A DNA stretch of 27,692 nucleotides from IMG/VR virus record IMGVR_UViG_3300033475_000127, positions 1-27,692 of that record. The stretch is one strand, 5' to 3'. The stretch is from a virus. Lineage: Duplodnaviria > Caudoviricetes. A model generated the notes under the pieces. That model did not search any database, was not told the DNA's origin, and saw only the letters and a list, made by a program, of their open reading frames with translations. The position numbers and the translations under genes were made by a program. This document shows positions 23,799 through 27,692 of the stretch, one piece after another (the first letter of the stretch is position 1; every line of letters starts with the position of its first letter).

Positions 23799-25912
23799 CC
23801 GAAGCCGATGATGACCTTGACGTTTCGGAAGACGAGGAGATCGTCACCGAAGCGAAGAAGCGCTTTGCCATGTGCGAGGATTGGGAATCCTACGCCCGTG
23901 ATATGTACGTGGAGGATCAGAAGTTCGGTCACGCCGATGCTGACAACCAGTATCAATGGCCAAACCAATTGCTCACCGAGCGCAAGCAGCGCCCGTCGCT
24001 GACCGTCAACAAGGTCCGCATTCACTGCCTGCAAATCATCAACGACGCCAAGCAGAACAAGGCCGGCATCGTCGTTCATCCCACGACCAATGAGGCGACC
24101 TACGAAGCGGCCGAGATCTACGAGGACGTGATCCGGCACATCGAATACCGCTCCCGCGCGCCAGAGGCCTACGACAAGGCCATGGATAACGCGGTGTTTG
24201 GCGGCTATGCGGCGTGCCGCGTGATCAGCGATTACGTCTCGCCTTTCGATGGCTTCGATCAGGAATTGCTCATCAAGGGCATTCCTGACCCGCTGACGGT
24301 CTATATCGACCGCGATGCGAAGGAAGCCGACAAGTCGGACATGGAATATGCCTTCGTCTTTGACGACATGGCACGCGATCGTTTCAATCAGGAATATCCC
24401 GAGTTCCGCGACGAGGTTTCAGACAACACGCTGGGCGATAGCGCGCCGTACTCGCAGAGTTGGGTATCCGAGGATAGTGTCCGTGTGGCCGAATACTGGC
24501 GCCGCAAGCATGATCGCAAGACGCTCGTTTCGGTGATCAACCCCGCGACCGGCGAGCGCATCTCGAGGATGAAGGAGGATGTTCAGCCGAGCGTGCTCAA
24601 GGCGCTCCGCAAGAACCCATCCGCCGACTACCGCGAGCGTCAGACCGATATCGTCACGGTCGAGTGCTTCAAGATCGCTGGCGGCAAGATCATCGAGCGC
24701 TATGAGTGGCCGGGCCAGTACATCCCAATCGTGCCGATGGTTGGCGAGGAAACCATCATTGACGGCCGCATGGATCGCAAAGGCCATGTTCGCTACCTGA
24801 AGGACCCGCAGCGCATCTACAACATCCAGACCTCGGCGGAAGTCGAGTTTGGGGCGCTTCAGACCAAGACGCCGTGGGTCGGCCCGGCCGAGACGTTCGA
24901 GGGCTACGAAGAGTTTTACCGGGCGGCCAACGTCCAGAACCTCGCCTTCCTGCCGTACAAGGCGTTTGACGATGAAGGTAGGCCGCTCCCGGCCCCGACC
25001 CGAACCCAGCCGCCAAGCGCCTCCGAGGCCTATGTCAAAGGTATGGAGATTGCCCAGAACGAGATGATGATGGCTTCGGGCCAGTATCAGGCTCAGATGG
25101 GCGAGAACGAGAACGCCAAGTCGGGCAAGGCGATTGCCGAGCGGCAGCGCCAGGGCGACAACGCGACTTACCATTTCATCGATAACCAGGCGATTATGAT
25201 CCGGCAGATTGGCCGCATCCTGATTGATGTCATCCCTAAGTTCTATGATACCAAGCGCATCCTCCGCATCCGCGGCGAAGACGGGACGATGAAGAACATC
25301 ATGATCGACCCGAATGCGCAGCAAGCCGTCCAGACGCAGCAGGACGCGGCCGCTCGCGAGGTCAACATCATCTTCAACCCGAACGTTGGGATGTACTCAG
25401 TCGAGGCGGACATCGGGCCGTCCTATGCAACCAAGCGCCAGGAAGCCTGGAACGCTATCGTCCAAATTCTCACGCAGTCGCCGCAACTCATCGCGATTGT
25501 GGGCGATCTGCTCTTTGCCAATGCCGACTTCCCCGGCGCGGACGAGATTGCTGTCCGGTTGCGCCGCATGGCTCCTCCGAAGGCGCTCAGCGACCAGCCG
25601 AGCCCGCAAGACGAGCAGATGCAGCAGCAGCTTCAGCAACTCATGGGCATGGTGCAGCAGCTCAACGAAAAGCTGCGTAACAAGGACGCCGAGACGAACA
25701 TCAAGGCGTTCGATGCCGAGACGAAGCGGTTGCAGGCTATTGGCAATGCCGGGCCGATCGTCACGCCGCAGCAGGCCCAGCCGCTTATTGGGGAGACCGT
25801 GGGGGAGATGGTGCAGGGCGGCGCTCCGGCAACGTTTGGGATGCCGCAGGCCCCGCAGCAACAGCCACAGTTGCCACCGCCAATGCAGCCGCAGGGAATG
25901 CCCGGTGCGTAA
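23795..25912 (+). CDS. P22-like portal protein
   Basis: About 705 aa directly after terL; QWP...RPSLTVNK, PG.YIPIVP, KDPQR.YN, SGKAI..RQ.QGD, GPSYATKRQEA; Q/P-rich tail. Confidence 0.9.
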   Translation: MTEADDDLDVSEDEEIVTEAKKRFAMCEDWESYARDMYVEDQKFGHADADNQYQWPNQLLTERKQRPSLTVNKVRIHCLQIINDAKQNKAGIVVHPTTNEATYEAAEIYEDVIRHIEYRSRAPEAYDKAMDNAVFGGYAACRVISDYVSPFDGFDQELLIKGIPDPLTVYIDRDAKEADKSDMEYAFVFDDMARDRFNQEYPEFRDEVSDNTLGDSAPYSQSWVSEDSVRVAEYWRRKHDRKTLVSVINPATGERISRMKEDVQPSVLKALRKNPSADYRERQTDIVTVECFKIAGGKIIERYEWPGQYIPIVPMVGEETIIDGRMDRKGHVRYLKDPQRIYNIQTSAEVEFGALQTKTPWVGPAETFEGYEEFYRAANVQNLAFLPYKAFDDEGRPLPAPTRTQPPSASEAYVKGMEIAQNEMMMASGQYQAQMGENENAKSGKAIAERQRQGDNATYHFIDNQAIMIRQIGRILIDVIPKFYDTKRILRIRGEDGTMKNIMIDPNAQQAVQTQQDAAAREVNIIFNPNVGMYSVEADIGPSYATKRQEAWNAIVQILTQSPQLIAIVGDLLFANADFPGADEIAVRLRRMAPPKALSDQPSPQDEQMQQQLQQLMGMVQQLNEKLRNKDAETNIKAFDAETKRLQAIGNAGPIVTPQQAQPLIGETVGEMVQGGAPATFGMPQAPQQQPQLPPPMQPQGMPGA

Positions 25913-26135
25913 TCTCCGCGCCGTCTCGCAGTCCGAGTTCTCGGCGTTCGTCACCAGCTATTCGCCCGCGCTCACGTCGCAGGCAATGCAGGATGGGCTT
26001 GTTGCCTACACCGACACGTCGAAGGGCGATGCGTGGCCCGACAGTCTTGTTGCCAGCTATCTCGCTCCGCAACCGCCGAAGCGTCCGCGCGCCACGGGCT
26101 GGCGCATTCCAGTGATTGAGGTGCCAGATGAATGA
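25905..26135 (+). CDS. hypothetical protein
   Basis: GTG start overlapping the portal end (MRNLRAVSQSEF...). Confidence 0.5.
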   Translation: MRNLRAVSQSEFSAFVTSYSPALTSQAMQDGLVAYTDTSKGDAWPDSLVASYLAPQPPKRPRATGWRIPVIEVPDE

Positions 26136-26304
26136 GGATTGGGCTCTCCGCCTTGAAGCACTCAGGGCCGCTCTAGAGGCGACCAGGGGCTATGACGAAT
26201 CGGGGCGCCCGGCGCCCGGCAAGCCCACTGATGTCGTTGCCGCGGCCGAACAGTTCCGCCGCTTTCTGGATGGCAGCGGCGATGCTCCAAAGGCGGCGAA
26301 ATGA
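26128..26304 (+). CDS. hypothetical protein
   Basis: LRLEALRAA...DVVAAAEQFRRFL.G motif. Confidence 0.55.
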   Translation: MNEDWALRLEALRAALEATRGYDESGRPAPGKPTDVVAAAEQFRRFLDGSGDAPKAAK

Positions 26305-26633
26305 GCCGTCCCGGCTATGCCAAACTGCATCCGCTGATCAAGGAAACCGCGCGGGAATGCGCTGGCGCCTTCTTCGACAACATGGACGTGTTCAATGACG
26401 CTCGCGTTGAGCGCACCGAACAGTTCCGCATCTCGGAAACGAACCAAAAGCTTTACATCAACAAGCACTGGCCGGAGTTCGTGAAGGTGGCGCGCAAGGC
26501 GCTCGCCGCTCGGCTAGGCATGCCGGGGCTCACTCCTGGCGAACAGGAGCAGATCTATGACGCTCTCGTGAGCGACCATGGGCTCCGCACCGATGAGCAG
26601 ATGGTTGCCCCATCAATCATGAGGCTGAACTGA
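26301..26633 (+). CDS. conserved phage hypothetical protein
   Basis: H..I.ETA.E.AGAFF...AR..LA..L...EQIYDAL. Confidence 0.65.
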   Translation: MSRPGYAKLHPLIKETARECAGAFFDNMDVFNDARVERTEQFRISETNQKLYINKHWPEFVKVARKALAARLGMPGLTPGEQEQIYDALVSDHGLRTDEQMVAPSIMRLN

Positions 26634-26887
26634 TGGAAGATGTCTTTCTAGAGGAATCACAGGCGCGAGCGCCGTCTGACGGCGCCCCAATGATCTATGA
26701 TGTCAGCACGGATGAGGAGCGCCCAGTCACTCAGGATGATGTAGACCGGCTTATGTTGGTCGGCAGCACTCAGGCACTCTTACGCCGCGCCATCATTCAT
26801 CTGGAGGGGATGGCTGCCGCCGTGATCAAGGGCGAGAAGCCCCGAGAGGACTTCCATTCCACCATGCGCAACCTGGGGGTGATGTGA
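26633..26887 (+). CDS. hypothetical protein
   Basis: TGATG overlaps on both sides. Confidence 0.55.
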   Translation: MEDVFLEESQARAPSDGAPMIYDVSTDEERPVTQDDVDRLMLVGSTQALLRRAIIHLEGMAAAVIKGEKPREDFHSTMRNLGVM

Positions 26888-27111
26888 TGAAAGTTGCCAA
26901 ATCCAAGGACAAGGGCCCCGTGGTCGAGAGTTCCGACAACGAGCGCAAATGGCGCGCTGAGGATGGCCTGCGCACCCTCGCCGAGGCCGAGAAGGTCAAG
27001 CGCGACCCGAAGCTGATGGCCGACATCGAAAAGGCCCGCAAGGAGAAGATAGCTGATCTCGCCAGCATCAAGTGCGAGACTGCGCCGATGACTATCAAGG
27101 GCATGAAATAG
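26887..27111 (+). CDS. hypothetical protein
   Basis: KWRAED.LRTL..AE..K.DPKLM. Confidence 0.6.
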   Translation: MKVAKSKDKGPVVESSDNERKWRAEDGLRTLAEAEKVKRDPKLMADIEKARKEKIADLASIKCETAPMTIKGMK

Positions 27112-27162
27112 CCGACCGTAACGGAGACGGCATCTCCGCTTTCCCCACCCTATGAGGGCTTT

Positions 27163-27692
27163 ATGACTGACAATGAACTGACGGGCGGTTTGCCCGATGG
27201 CGAAGCTACGCCTGAAATCAATATCCCCGTGCAAGATGCTGGCGGCGCACCGCTGGTCAGCGACAATGCGGCTCCTCCTGCTGCGGCCGAGCCGGTCCAA
27301 GATACCCCGGAAGCTGCGGCAGATGCCGACGAACCGCGCAAGCCGGTTCAGAAGTTGCCGGATTGGGCGGACAAGAAGTTGCGCGAGGCCGCATTTTCTG
27401 AGCGAGAGGCCAAGCGGAAGGCCAAGGAACTTGAAGCTGAAATCGAGCGTCTGAGGGCCGGCAGCCAGCCCGCGCCAACGGCGCCCAACGCCGCTGACAC
27501 TGCCGCCGCTAGCGCCAATGCGCCGGCCGGTGGATATGGCTCCCCGGCCGACTTCAACGCTGCCGTACAGGCGGAAGCATCGCGCCGCGCCCAGAACGAA
27601 GCAGCGCAGCGCGCCGAAGCGGACTTCAACGCTGCCTGCAACAACGTCTGGAACAAGGGCAGCGAAGCCTATAAGGGAGATTTCCAGCAGGC
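27163..27692 (+). CDS. putative scaffolding protein (runs off the right edge)
   Basis: Not in the track. MTDNELTGGLPDGEATPE... acidic/Pro-rich N-terminus then coiled coil (LPDWADKKLREAAFSEREAKRKAKELEAEIERL); GAGGG RBS; expected position after the portal. Confidence 0.65.
   Translation, partial: MTDNELTGGLPDGEATPEINIPVQDAGGAPLVSDNAAPPAAAEPVQDTPEAAADADEPRKPVQKLPDWADKKLREAAFSEREAKRKAKELEAEIERLRAGSQPAPTAPNAADTAAASANAPAGGYGSPADFNAAVQAEASRRAQNEAAQRAEADFNAACNNVWNKGSEAYKGDFQQ

Larger units (their letters stand above)
1..27692. mobile_element. Temperate lambdoid phage/prophage segment with P22-like head module; both ends lie outside the window
   Basis: Lambdoid gene order: recombination genes (leftward), cI/cro with operators, replication genes, late regulator, then terS-terL-portal-scaffold; dense overlapping small ORFs. 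Confidence 0.95.

Noticed and set aside
25590-25900. CAG-rich repeats at the portal 3' end
   Set aside because: They encode the Gln/Pro-rich tail common in P22-like portals; not an array

Overview
About 27.7 kb from inside a temperate lambdoid phage or prophage with a P22-like (podovirus) head module. The host is inferred to be an alphaproteobacterium, probably Hyphomicrobiales and Devosia-like, from the GapR homolog, the GTA-type protease and the alphaproteobacterial LexA box. Left to right: (1) a leftward early operon (ead/Ea22-like gene, an out-of-place HK97/GTA-type prohead protease, a Lar fusion, two HNH-like proteins, NinB, a Rad52/Sak-like annealase, Gp157, a C2H2 zinc-finger peptide and small hypotheticals); (2) an immunity region with five CGGT-N6-ACCG operators, a cI repressor lacking the S24 peptidase, cro, a LexA box and about 450 bp of apparently non-coding structured sequence; (3) a rightward early operon (extended GapR, a cuckoo-like CCUCCUCCC hairpin region, a CII-like protein, three DNA methyltransferase genes of which one is frameshifted, VRR-NUC, a DnaA-CTD HTH protein, a replication initiator, a primase-helicase and a Q-position regulator); (4) a late promoter and terminator, four candidate virion accessory genes, terS, terL, a P22-like portal and the start of the scaffolding protein. 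No integrase, att site, tRNA or CRISPR array is visible. The most interesting signals are the captured GTA-type protease in the early operon, a possible RNA regulatory circuit (anti-SD hairpins at about 10 kb and complementary CUGGGAGGA-loop hairpins upstream of the late regulator), and the LexA-associated structured element beside cI. All family assignments come from motif recognition by eye; no searches were run.
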